Shown: positions 17,515 through 29,542 of the stretch, one piece after another
How the letters are laid out: each line of letters begins with the position of its first letter
Numbering within the stretch: the stretch's first letter is position 1
Assembly (NCBI GenBank): GCA_965153355.1
Contig: OZ231126.1
Coordinates: 45,198,001-45,262,000 of the forward strand
DNA length: 64,000 nt
Origin: Flaccisagitta enflata
Taxonomy: Eukaryota
Direction: 5' to 3'
The notes under the pieces: generated by a model
The model's input: the letters and a program-made list of their open reading frames with translations, nothing else
Told to the model about the DNA's origin: nothing
Databases searched by the model: none
Position numbers and translations under genes: made by a program

Positions 17515-17914
17515 GTTTTTAGTCGCGTGCACGCGACTCTACAACCCGCTTTGTCGGTCCGTCGGTCCATCGGTCCATTGGTCCGTCGGTCCGTCGGTCC
17601 GTTGGTCCCTTGGCCCGTCTGTCCATCAGTCCGTCCGTCACACTTTACCTTTTTCTCATACTTTAAGTTATTTCTAGTCATTCTAAGTCATTTTAAGTCA
17701 TTCTAAGTCATTCTAAGTCATTCTAAGTCATTCTAAGTCATTCTAAGTCATTCTGGGTCACTTGAGTCAAATAGGTCAAAGTAGTCATTTCAGTCGTTTT
17801 ATGTCTTTTTAGTCATTTAAAGTTGTCTTGAGTCATTTTAAGTCATCTTGAGTCAATAAAAGTCATCTTAAGTTATCTATGTACCGCACGCGACTTATAG
17901 GTGTTGGCCTTGTT
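17515..17914 (+). mobile_element. Family A element with central (aagtcattct)n 10-mer array
   Basis: 5' palindrome at 17521, GTCC repeats, 10-mer array ~17665-17880, 3' gcacgcgacttataggtgttggccttgtt. Confidence 0.75.
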
Positions 17915-18798
17915 ATACACAATCGCACCTGGAGGCGACTGAAAAAAATGGCCGATCATTCACCTTGTTTCTTCTTTTGGCTTAGTCGTGAGGAAGAGAA
18001 TCAACTCATGGACTAACCTGCATCGGTCAAACAAGTAAATTTGTGTCTGCCATCAGGGTATCGAGAAAAAACAGTCTCCGTTACCTTAAAGCTCTCTGCC
18101 AGTCGATGCCAAGAACACGATATTGGAATGCGATGTGCACAAAATACTTTTCTTTCAAACCACAACAATTCGAATGTTATAATTTATGTACCAGCATGTA
18201 ATGGAAATGTCATTGTTTAGGAACGCATTTTGGTACTTCGTAATTTCGTAGTAGATTTGTGGCAAAAACCGCAATTAGAAAATACAAATGTTCGTTATCC
18301 TGGTACCTGTATATCAAATCCAACAACCTTAATAAGCTCGATCTCTGGATTCTTCTTTTATACGGGAAACTCCTCAAAACTCGACCATTTGCAAAACCGC
18401 GGTTCGAAGGCAATAATTCGTTGACTAAAATATCCTAGAAAGAAGATGCGTCGCCTGTCATCTCTGACGGTTACGATACAATCTTGCTCATAGAAATATG
18501 GATGGTAGAAAAAAGATTTTTTAGTTGTCGACACTACACCTTTTTTGTTTGGTTGGTTGTCTGTCCCTCATATTCCTGAACTACAGTTGTTTTTGTCTTT
18601 TTTTATGGGGTTTAAGTCAGTTTGAATTGTGTATGAGTGAGTGTGGGTATTTTTGAAGTACTGCCCCTACCCAAATGTCCATGACTGTTGATCTTTGTAG
18701 AGGCTTATTTTAATCTTTGACAAGATTGTGCAATAAGAATAAATGGGCAAAGGATTAAAAAAAATGCTAAAAGTAAATTGTGTGTTATTTTGGAAGTT

Positions 18799-19007
18799 GA
18801 ACAAGTGACATGGGGTGATAACATTGTTGCGGACGGGTGGGTAGAGACCTCCAACCCCCATCCACACCCCAACCCACCCTTGCACTCAAACATACACATT
18901 AAGTATCTAAAACACTCGTTTTCCCACTTTTCAACTTGATGACCCCGGATGGACCAATGGACCGACGGACAAAGCCTGTTATAGAGTTGCGTGTCCGCAA
19001 CTAAAAA
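18799..19007 (-). mobile_element. Family A2 variant element just upstream of the phospholipase B-like ORF
   Basis: agttgcgtgtccgcaactaaaa at ~18984-19007 and matching gttgcggac at ~18825. Confidence 0.65.
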
Positions 19008-19112
19008 CTTTTGAAGTCCTAATGAAAAAAATATTTTTATAATGACTAATAAACTGTACAAGATCTAAAAAAATCTTTGATTGTACTTTATAGTCTATGA
19101 TCATATATTTTT

Positions 19113-20789
19113 ATGGGCAAGATGGTACTGGCGGTAATCCATGTTTGTTACTCCGACTCGACGACATCTTTTGTTGAAAATTGTCGAAAATACAAAGCAA
19201 AAGATGATCAAGCAAAAGGCCAATTCCCTATTTACAATCCCGCGTCGGTTTACGTTGACGGAAAATCGATGCGAATCAGCCGAGAAATCGACTCGGACGC
19301 GGACGTGTATGGCTTCTTCAACGATCAATTGTCTACTACGGGATGGGGCGTGCTGGAATTTCGCGCCGGTTATGGGAACCGATCATCGTCCATGGACACC
19401 GACCTCATCTTTAAAGCCGCCGGGTATCTCGAAGGATACTTGACTGCTCATCAAATACAGAGGCACAGATGTAGTTTGTTCTTCCACATTCTTCCAAAAT
19501 TTGATGCAAAGAAAGTGAAGAAGGTCAAGACTTTCATGAAGAAGCAGGATGACTGGACCCGCAAGATGGTTCGCTCTTTTGCCAACAGCGACCCATTCTG
19601 GCGTCATATGGGATATGTTATGGCGCAATTGGATGGACTCGTAGCCGGATATCAAGCTGCCGCCGCCAATAACCCTAACCTGATGCCATTGAACTTTTTC
19701 GATTTTCAAGTCCTCAACGCTTTAGGGGACTTGATGGATTTGCAAAATGTACTTTTTCCCGATGAAAGACCAAAGTTTGAAAACATGACGAAAAACCAGT
19801 TTTTAAACTACGTAAATAGTAACAGTCACTGCTCCGCTCTCATCAAGGTGTTGCCTGGATTCGAAAACATCTTCATGGCTCATAATACCTGGTTCTCTTA
19901 CATGTCTACCAACCGCATTTTCAAGCATTACGACTTCAAAACTCGGGATCCGGCCACGTCCGCCAACGCCATGTCCTTCTCCAGTTACCCTGGATATTTG
20001 GAATCACTCGACGACTTTTATTTGATGAACAACGATATTGCCCTTCTACAGACTACGATCATTCCTTTCAACCTCTCTCTTTACGACAAAGTTGGTCCTC
20101 AAAGTCTCCTCGCTTGGCAAAGAGTTCGATTAGCCAATCACTTGGCAACCAATGGCAGTCAATGGTTTGATGTGGTGAAACGATATAATTCCGGAACCTA
20201 CAACAACCAGTACATGGTCTTAGACTTATCTAAGATCAAAATCGGGGAATATATGGAGGAAGACGCATTGTGGGTGATCGAGCAAATGCCCGGTCTCGTG
20301 CTTGGACAAGATGTGACTCCGATTCTTCGTAATGGCTACTGGGCCTCTTACAACGTACCTTTCCTCAAGGAAATCTTCACTATTGCCGATTATCCAAGTC
20401 GCGGTGTCGAGAGTTCTTACGACTTGTCACCCCGGGCGAAGATCTTCCGACGCGACGCAGCCAAAGTCACGGATATGGAATCGATGAAAGCGATTATGAG
20501 ATACAACGATTTTCGCCACGACAAATACTCCGAAGGTAGCCCCAGCCACACGATCTGTTCGAGATATGACTTGGACCCCAACAAACCGAGTCCCGATGGT
20601 TGTATCGACGTCAAAGTGTCCGATTTGAAGATGGCGAGAGAACGTCGTTCGTACGCCGTTAACGGCCCAACTCCGGGAGCGGGACTTGGCAATTTCCACT
20701 GGAAAGAAAAGTTTTCAGGCATTTTTCACTGGGGAATGCCGGAGGTTTACAACTTCTCCTTCGTTGAAATGAAACCTAAACTGAGTTAG
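19113..20789 (+). CDS. PLBD1: Phospholipase B-like protein (PLBD1-type lysosomal Ntn-hydrolase), single coding exon, 558 aa
   Basis: Family motifs in the expected order: TTGWGVLE, AGYLEGYLT, SHCSALIKV (nucleophile Cys240 at 19830-19832), FMAHNTW, FSSYPGYLESLDDFY, WQRVRLAN, NSGTYNNQYMVLD, YWASYNVP, PRAKIFRRD, IMRYNDF, ICSRYDL, GCIDVKV, GPT. The symbol reflects family resemblance, not tested orthology. Confidence 0.95.
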   Translation: MGKMVLAVIHVCYSDSTTSFVENCRKYKAKDDQAKGQFPIYNPASVYVDGKSMRISREIDSDADVYGFFNDQLSTTGWGVLEFRAGYGNRSSSMDTDLIFKAAGYLEGYLTAHQIQRHRCSLFFHILPKFDAKKVKKVKTFMKKQDDWTRKMVRSFANSDPFWRHMGYVMAQLDGLVAGYQAAAANNPNLMPLNFFDFQVLNALGDLMDLQNVLFPDERPKFENMTKNQFLNYVNSNSHCSALIKVLPGFENIFMAHNTWFSYMSTNRIFKHYDFKTRDPATSANAMSFSSYPGYLESLDDFYLMNNDIALLQTTIIPFNLSLYDKVGPQSLLAWQRVRLANHLATNGSQWFDVVKRYNSGTYNNQYMVLDLSKIKIGEYMEEDALWVIEQMPGLVLGQDVTPILRNGYWASYNVPFLKEIFTIADYPSRGVESSYDLSPRAKIFRRDAAKVTDMESMKAIMRYNDFRHDKYSEGSPSHTICSRYDLDPNKPSPDGCIDVKVSDLKMARERRSYAVNGPTPGAGLGNFHWKEKFSGIFHWGMPEVYNFSFVEMKPKLS

Positions 20790-21268
20790 AGTTCATGATG
20801 TTACATGGCTCGTGAAAGAAAAAAATAGACCATTGGTTCTCGTTGAAGAGCCTCCTTGTTTTTGTTTCTCAGAACATTTTCAAAAAATGTAAATTACCTT
20901 GATTAAAGTGCGAACGATCTCGTAAATTTCTTTTTTTCTTATAATAGAGTTACCCTAAATTAATTTACTTTCTTAGATATTTTTCAACGTTTTCGTAGGG
21001 GAAATAGAAATGTTAGGTAAGAATAAAGGCGAGTGGAAATAAACCTAGTTTGGCAAGGTAAAGGCATGTAAACGAGACAACTATCAACTTCTTGAAGAAA
21101 AATCATTTGTTGAACGAGGAAAAATCTTACAATGGACCAGTAAAGATCTAATCTGCATAGAGAAAGAAAAAAGAATAAGAATAAGAAAGAATGGGTAAGA
21201 ATCAATTGAAGCTTCAAATGACGCCTCAAATCAGAAAATGAAAAAAAGAATAACAGAACAAAAGATAG

Positions 21269-21378
<110 letters not shown>

Positions 21379-21676
21379 GGAATCAGTCGTAGGATACCAT
21401 TTTCTTTTCTCCAGGTATTCATATGTTAATGATCTCTCCTCAGTCACAAGGTTCTATCATTTTCTTTCTCATTGCAATCTCTTTTAGAAGTGGAGGTAGA
21501 AAGGAAAGAAAGAAAGGATTGAGGTGGGGAAAAGAGTGAAGAATGAAAGAAAAAAGATGGGGCCAGAGAATGTGAATGGGGCTGATGAATGAGGAGGATC
21601 AAGGCGGTGAGGGCTACCATCAGTGGAAACGGGGTAAAAATAAAAATAAAAAGTGGAAGGAATGAAAGAGTTTGTA

Positions 21677-22177
21677 AAAGAAGAAGAAGAAGAAGAAGAA
21701 GAAGAAGAAGAAGAAGAAGAAGAAGAAGAAGATGAAGATGAAGAAAAGAAGAAGAAGAAGAAAAAGAAGAAGATGAAGAAGAAGAAGAAGAAGAAGAAGA
21801 AGAAGAAGAAGAAGAAGAAGAAGAAGAAGAAGAAGAAGAAGAAGAAGAAGAAGAAGAAGAAGAAGAAGAAGAAGAAGAAGAAGAAGAAGAAGAAGAAGAA
21901 GAAGAAGAAGAAGATGAAGAAGAAGAAGAAGAAGACGAAGGAGAAGTGGAAGAAGAAGAAATAGAAATGGAAGGCATAGAGGATGAAAAGTTGGAGGAAA
22001 AAGATGAAGAAGAAGAAGAAGAAGAAGAAGAAGAAGAAGAAGAAGAAGAAGAAGAAGAAGAAGAAGAAGAAGACGAAGAAGAAGAAGAAGAAGAAGAAGA
22101 AGAAGAAGAAGAAGAAGAAGAAGAAGAAGAAGAAGAAGAAGAAGAAGAAGGAGAAGAATTTTTACTTCACTTCGAAT

Positions 22178-22249
<72 letters not shown>

Positions 22250-22260
22250 TTTCTTTCTTT
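21677..22260. repeat. (AAG)n tracts followed directly by (TTTC)n
   Basis: Directly visible purine-to-pyrimidine switch at ~22160-22180. Confidence 0.95.
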
Positions 22261-22603
22261 TTTTTTTACTTTTTTTCTTTTTCTTTTCTTTTTTCTCACT
22301 TTCTCCATCTTTCAAATTTTCTTCATTTTTTCCCTTAAGATTTTAATTTTCTTGCGTGAAATCTCCTCCGTTTTAGTTTCTCCTCGGCGTCTGTTGGATC
22401 GCTGGCGTCACTTCTGTCGGCGCCGCTCAACCAGAAACAGGAAGGAGTGATAGGGGTAGAAAGGGATAGTGAAGGGGCTTAAGTGGGAGGTAAGGTTGAT
22501 TCGGTAGGTTAGAAAGGAAAGGAATGAAAGCATGCAGAGAGAAGAATAAGAGAACAAGGCCGGATGCACGGCTACCTAAGTCGCGTGCTGGTGGGCAAGG
22601 GGC

Positions 22604-22763
22604 TAGGGATGTGGAAGCGGTTGATTTTAATGCCGCTTCCACCGCTTCCGCTTCTGCTTCTGTGTCCGCATCCGCCTCCACTTCCGCTTCCATTTTACAG
22701 CTCAATTACTAGTAGCTAACCCGTCTTCTTAAATGGATGCGGCCAGTCGCTTCCACATCCCTA
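22604..22763. mobile_element. 160 bp hAT-like MITE inserted into a reverse-strand family A element (22553-~22860)
   Basis: Perfect 16 bp TIR tagggatgtggaagcg / cgcttccacatcccta; near-duplicated target gcaagg(g)gc / gcaagggc; internal ccgctt repeats. Confidence 0.7.
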
Positions 22764-23466
22764 GCAAGGGCAGTGATAAAAAAAGGCTAACCATGCATTT
22801 GGGCAGGCGCAGTAATGCAGTAACCGCCCATCAATGCAAAAAAAAAAAATGTTTGACGGACGTGAGAAGAGGTATTTAGCGGAATGGATTCACTTCGAAC
22901 AGAAATCTGAGGAGAGGAAAAAGTCAGAAAGTATTGCAATTGCATCGCCTGACATGAAGGAAAAATCAAAGAGGGAAAGCATGAATTGTAAGAATCTATG
23001 GGGTAGTGCGGGGAAGCAGGGATGTCAGATGTGACACAGATGGCGAACTCACAAAAAAGTCTTCTTTATTGCGCCTACAGAACTTCTAAAAGCCTATCGA
23101 AACATTTCATTGCTGGAGGCTGCCACCAACTTGGCTCTATCAAAAGATACGCATGGCTCTATCATGTGATACGCTTGGCTCTATCAAGTGTTACGCATGG
23201 CGTTGCAAACTAGTACTCATAGCGTGAAAGTTAGTAAATCTTTATAAGTAACGCACGTAATGAATATATAAAGTTTCATCTGATTCAAGAATAAAATTCA
23301 AACTTATTATCACTGAGATACCGGCATCCTCACGAATAATTAGTCCCGGTTAGCCTGGATGTAGACGCTGAGGGCGAAAGCATCGCGTCGGTGAACGCTG
23401 ATGTAGGCGCCATTTATGCCAAAAGGAAGAAAAAAAGTCGCCGGTGAGTGCCGGTAACCAATGAAA

Positions 23467-23677
<211 letters not shown>

Positions 23678-23827
23678 GCAAAACGCAGACGGAAGGAAAA
23701 GCGCCGTGAAAAGCTTTTTGAGCTTTTGAGCGCGATATTGGGGCTTCTGAAGCGGAAGGAAGCAATTAAAAAACCGCAGCCTCAAAAGCGAGAAACGAAA
23801 TACGAAACATCGACAAAGTCACATCAC

Positions 23828-24612
23828 GGCAACTGAATGGCAGAAGAATGGCAAGTGGCAGAAGAATGGCAAGTAGTAATAGAAGGGAAAATGGCAACTG
23901 AATGGCAAGTGGCAGAAGAATGACAAGTGGTAATAGAAGGGAAAATGGCAAGTGGCAGAAGAATGGCAAGTGGTAATAGAAGGGAAAATGGCAACTGAAT
24001 GGCAAGTGGCAGAAGAATGACAAGTGGTAATAGAAGAGAAAATGGCAACTAAATGGCAAGTGGCAGAAGAATGGCAAGTGGCAATAGAAGGGAAAATAGC
24101 AACTGAATGGCAAATGGCAGAAGAATGGCAAGTGGTAATAGAAGGGAAAATAGCAACTGTATGACAAGTGGCAGAAGAGTGGCAAGTGGTAATAGAAGGG
24201 AAAATAGCAACTGAATGGCAAGTGGCAGAAGAATGACAAGTGGTAATAGAAGGGAAAATGGCAACTGAATGGCAAGTGGCAGAAGAATGGCAAGTGGTAA
24301 TAGAAGGGAAAATGGCAACTGAATGGCAAGTGGCAGAAGAATGGCAAGTGGTAATAGAAGGGAAAATGGCAACTGAATGGCAAGTGGCAGAAGAATGGCA
24401 AGTGGTAATAGAAGGGAAAATGGCAACTGAATGGCAAGTGGCAGAAGAATGACAAGTGGTAATAGAAGGGAAAATGGCAACTGAATGGCAAGTGGCAGAA
24501 GAATGGCAAGTGGTAATAGAAGGGAAAATGGCAACTGAATGGCAAGTGGCAGAAGAATGGCAAGTGGTAATAGAAGGGAAAATGGCAACTGAATGGCAAG
24601 TGGCAGAAGAAC
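23828..24612. repeat. 54 bp minisatellite, about 14 copies, with a degenerate continuation to ~25140
   Basis: Unit gaagaatggcaagtggtaatagaagggaaaatggcaactgaatggcaagtggca; the 18-aa periodicity of the ORF track confirms 54 bp. Confidence 0.95.
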
Positions 24613-24631
24613 GCAAAGTGTTAATAGAAGG

Positions 24632-24727
24632 AACAAGGCCAAGTAGGCCAATAAGGTGCGACCTATCGACCGACCAACCGACCGACGGACACAGCCAGTT
24701 AGAGAGGCGCTTTGTCGCACCTGAAAA
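24632..24727 (-). mobile_element. Minimal (~95 bp) family A-type element with its own sub-terminal IR variant
   Basis: aacaaggccaagtaggcc end, aggtgcgac / gtcgcacct IR pair, (GACC)n core, terminal A-run. Confidence 0.6.
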
Positions 24728-26528
24728 TGGCAAGAGAATGAAAAGTGGCAGAAGAATGGAAAGTGGTAATAGAAAGGAAAATGGCAAGAGATTGAAAGGT
24801 GGAAGAAGAATGGCTAGTGGGAATAGAAGGGAAAATGGCAGTAGAGTGAAAGGTGGCAGTAGGATAGAAAGTGATAGAAAAATATAAAGTGGCAGTAGAA
24901 TAGAAAGGCGAAAATATGCAGTATATGGGAAAATGGCAGAATGGAAAGAGGCAGCGGAATAGAGAGTACCAGTAAAATGGAAAGTACAAAAGAACAAAAG
25001 AAGCTACGGTGGCCGTGTAATGGAACGTGGCATGGGAATGAAAAGACGCAAAAGGCGAGTTGGAAATGGTATTCAGTAGTAGAATAGTCAGTGAAAAAAA
25101 AAATCATAAGTGGAAGCAGATTGGAAAGTGGGAGTAGAACGAAGCGAACAAACAAAAATTCCGAACAGAAACTGGCAAGGGAATATAACATTAGCATGAT
25201 CATCTTTTTTTTAAAGAATAACGGCTAACAGCTAACTAAATTCGTAAGACGGATTCTATTTCACTCTTTTTTCATAAGAACCTAGTTAGGTTAGTTTACA
25301 AGAACATCCATGCTTCAAAATCCTCAAAATATGAGAACATAGTTGTGGAAATGTGTGCATTTTTATAAGTATGGGAGCGTTGATGAACTTTGGAGTGAAT
25401 GTATCTTTTCTTCTTTCTTTCCAATTCGATGCCTTTTGTTTTTTGGGCGTTGCCATTTTTTGTGGATGGTGCGCTGGTTCTATCGCCTGAACCATATTGC
25501 CTTGCTCTTTTATCCAAAATTGGAGTTACGTGTTTTTTCACATATTTTTCGTTTCTCTTCGCATTTTTTCCTCGTTGTATGTTTTATGCGTCGATTTTAC
25601 TTACATATATATTACCGTGGCATCGGTTCTTAATAGAATGTGTGGCTTTCTGCATGATTTTTATGATGTGCGCCCTGGAATTTCATGTCTTTCATAAGTC
25701 TCTCATCTCTTTTATTTTCAGAGACATATGAACGGACATCTGACCTTAATGACGATTACGACGCTGGTGGGAAACCACGGAAATTGGGCCTAAAGTAAGT
25801 TTTATCATTTTAGTGTTTTAGTGTTTTATTATTTGGTCTTGTCATCGGGATTTTTATTGTTTTATCGTTTTGTTTTTATCGTTCTGTCCGGTCAACTGAT
25901 TATTGGGGTGACATGGGTGAATTTAGTGGGATGGGCAGGGCGTGGGCAGTGTACTGATCTGGCTTCATGGCCTCTGCATAAGATGTACATGTTGTTATTG
26001 GCTGTTTCTGCTCAATGTCTATCCTAATCTCATGTTATTTTCATGCATTGGTTGACCAATTTTCATGCCCAATTTCCCTTTCATTTTGTCCCCCTCTCAG
26101 ATTGTTGAAATTTTTCCTTAAACACGAGACCATCGCAACGCCATTTTCCAATCTACGCCTAATTTCCTTTGCGTCTACCATCGTCAGACAGTCAGAGATT
26201 TCTACAAGACAAAGCTATACCAGAGTCGAAACTAACGTTTACGTGGGCTAAACATAATAGTAGTTAATTTACAAGCAGCGATCTCTGTCTCAGGAAAAAT
26301 TGACATTCATTTAACAAAAAGTCTGGAGAAAATGGGCAGCCCAACTAACTGACGCAGAGATCGCGAGCACGCGCCAAAATCATGGCAAATTCATGGCTAT
26401 TTATGACATAAGAATCAAGAAAAAAGTAAAATGGTAAAACACTTTCGATAGGAACTAAAACTTGAATGATGGCATCCTTCCAGCCGTGAACGATGTAATT
26501 TCCCGTCGTAACGTCAAAAAACATGTTT

Positions 26529-26624
<96 letters not shown>

Positions 26625-26809
26625 AAAGCTAAAGATGAGTTTTCATTTCAATTGTTGAGAAAGAAAAACCCATTTGAGGGATAAAGGAAGATGTTGAAAG
26701 TTGAAAACCTTTAAAAAACACGAAATTTTAAGGACGGAATGAAGGTTTTTGCATCCTTTTAAAAAGAAAAAAAAGTATATCTGTCAGATGAAATGGCAAA
26801 CGAACCGCC

Positions 26810-26970
26810 TTGTGATTGGACGAAAGTGTCTATGTATTGCATTCGACTTGCCTGTGATTGGTGGAAATTAGAGGAAGATTGGCCCACGCGCGCCATCATC
26901 CGGCGTTCTCAACTCTCAAAAAAAGAGTTTACGGGAGGCGGCAGGTCATCATTTTTGGGAAATTTGAATA
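26810..26970. promoter_or_regulatory. Candidate promoter: three inverted CCAAT boxes plus GC-rich and TTTGAA motifs
   Basis: ATTGG at 26815, 26857 and 26878, cacgcgcgcc at ~26885, tttgaa at ~26962. No transcript evidence. Confidence 0.25.
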
Positions 26971-27049
26971 GTCAACTTCAAATTCGACGATTGAGCAAAA
27001 TGATGCGCTAAGTTTACTCCCTCGAACCAAATGGGAGAACGAAGGAAAC

Positions 27050-27164
<115 letters not shown>

Positions 27165-27230
27165 CGGACAGAGACACTGAGATACAGACGGAGTGATCGA
27201 CCGACGGAGAATGAAATATTTATGATTACC

Positions 27231-27372
27231 AAAACAAAACAAAACAAAACAAAACAAAACAAAACAAAACAAAACAAAACAAAACAAAACAAAACAAAAC
27301 AAAACAAAACAAAACAAAACACGAAACGAAACGAAACGAAACGAAACGAAACGAAACGAAACGAAACAAAAC
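27231..27372. repeat. (AAAAC)n switching to (GAAAC)n pentanucleotide repeat
   Basis: Directly visible. Confidence 0.95.
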
Positions 27373-27447
27373 AAATCTCTTGGCCAAATTCTATGGGTTT
27401 AAATGGTTCAGGAACCTGAATCAACTGTCTAATCCCCTATTTAAGGA

Positions 27448-29542
27448 AACAAGGCCAACACCTATAAGTCGCGTGCAGGACAAAAATAACTGAACTGAAC
27501 TGACTCCTTATTGTATCTTTTTATCGAAAATCAAACTTAAAAGCAACCCAAAACAGACCCAAACCAGACCCAAACCAGACTCAAACCAGACTCAAACCAG
27601 ACTCAAACCAGACTCAAACCGGAATTAAACCAGACCTAAATCAGACATAAACCAGACATAAACCAGATTTAAGCCAGACTCAAACCAGACTCAAACCAGA
27701 CTCAAACCAGACTCAAACCAGACTCAAACCAGACTCAAACCAGACTCAAACCAGACTCAAACCAGACTCAAACCAGACTCAAACCAGACTCAAACCAGAC
27801 TCAAACCAGACTCAAACCAGATTCAAACCAGACTTAAACCAGACCGAAACCAGGCTCAAACCAGGCTCAAACCAGGCTCAAACTAGAATCAAACCAGACT
27901 CAAACCAGACTCAAACCAGACTCAAACCAGACTCAAACCAGACTCAAACAAGAATTAAACCAGACCAAAACCAGACCAAAACCAGACCAAAACCAGACCT
28001 AAATCAGACCTAAATCAGACCTAAATCAAACAAAAACCAGACACAAACCAGACATACACCAGACCTAACCCAGACCTAAACCAGACATAAATCAGACATG
28101 AACCAGTCTTAAACCAGACTTAAACCAGACTTAAACCAGACTTAAACCAGACTTAAACCAGACTTAAACCAGACTTAAACCAGACTTAAACCATACTTAT
28201 CTTCAATATCATTTTAACCAGCAGACTTAAACCAGCAGACTTAAACCATTAGACCTGCAGACTTAAACCATTAGATTTAAACCAGCAGACTTCAACCAGC
28301 AGACTTTAACCAGCAGACTTTAACCAGCAGACTTTAACCAAAATGACCAAAAATGACCAAAAATGACCAAAATGACCAAAATGACCAAAATGACCAAAAT
28401 GACCAAAGATGACCAAAGATGACCAAAAATGACCAAAAATGACCAAAAATGACCAAAAATGACCAAAAATGACCAAAAATGACAAAAATGACCAAAAACG
28501 AACAAAAATGTCCAAAAAAGACCAAAAATGACCAAAAATAACAAAAATGGACCAAAAATGACCAAAAATGACCAAAAATGACCAAAATGACCAAAAACGA
28601 CCAAAAATGACCAAAAATGACCAAAGATGACCAAAAATGACCAAATATGACCAAAAATTATCAAAGTGACCTAAAATGACCTAAAATGACCTCAAATGAC
28701 CTGAAAAGTCCAAAAATGACCAAAAATGACCAAAGTGACCAAAAATGACATAAAATGACACAAAATGACCCAAGATGACCCAAGATGACCCAAATGACCA
28801 AAATGATCAATGACCAAAATTGATCAAAATGACCAAAATGACCAACATGACCAAAATGCCCAAAAATGATAAAAAAGACCAAAAATGACAAAAATGATCA
28901 AAATAGCCAGAAATGTCCAAAATGACACAAAATGACCCAAAACAACCAAAATGACCCAAAATGACCAAAATGACCAAAATGATCAACATGACCAAAATTG
29001 ATCAAAATGACCAAAATGACCAAATGACCAAAATGACCAAAAATGACCAAAATGACCAAAATGACAAAAAAATGATCAAAAATAACCAGAAATGACCCAA
29101 AATGATCAAAATGATCAAAATGATCAAAATGATCAAAATGATCAAAATGACCAAAAATGACCAAAATGACCAAAATGGCAAAATGACAAAAATGATCAAA
29201 GTGACCAAAAATGACCAAAAATGATCAAAAATGATTAAAAATGATTAGAAATGATTAAAAATGATTATGAATGATCAAAAACGACCAAAAATGACCAAAA
29301 ATGACCAAAAATGACCAAAATGACCAAAATGACCAAAATGACCAAAATGACCAAAAATGACCAAAAATGACCAAAAATGACTAAAAGCAACCAAAAATGA
29401 CCAAAAATGACTAAAAGCAACCAAAAATGACCAAAAATGACACAAAAAAGCAAAGTGTTACCGACCGACCGACCGACCGACCGACGGACCGACCGACCGA
29501 CCGACAGAGCGGGTTGTAGAGTCGCGTGCATGCGACTAAAAA
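27448..29542 (-). mobile_element. Family A element expanded to ~2.1 kb by internal satellite-like arrays
   Basis: The left end aacaaggccaacacctataagtcgcgtgc is the reverse complement of the 3' end at 17886-17914; the right end is (GACC)n...agtcgcgtgcatgcgactaaaaa. Inside are an 11-mer (aaaccagactc)n ~27550-28195, a 14-mer ~28215-28340 and a 9/10-mer (aaaatgacca)n ~28340-29440. Confidence 0.85.

Noticed and set aside
19141-20722. Overlapping and antisense ORFs within the phospholipase B-like gene (likewise 45557-46258 antisense to PTP exon 1)
   Set aside because: Shadow frames of real coding sequence, with no independent motifs.
23766-24997. 277-392 aa ORFs with 18-aa repeats
   Set aside because: Open in several frames on both strands because the 54 bp unit is stop-free; no start context or unique domain.
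27550-29440. Possible CRISPR array or telomeric repeat
   Set aside because: No unique spacers, no cas genes and a eukaryotic context; the units are not TTAGG/TTAGGG and lie inside element termini.
28306-29531. GHFWSFLVIF-repeat ORFs
   Set aside because: Translation of the 9/10-mer array inside a family A element.
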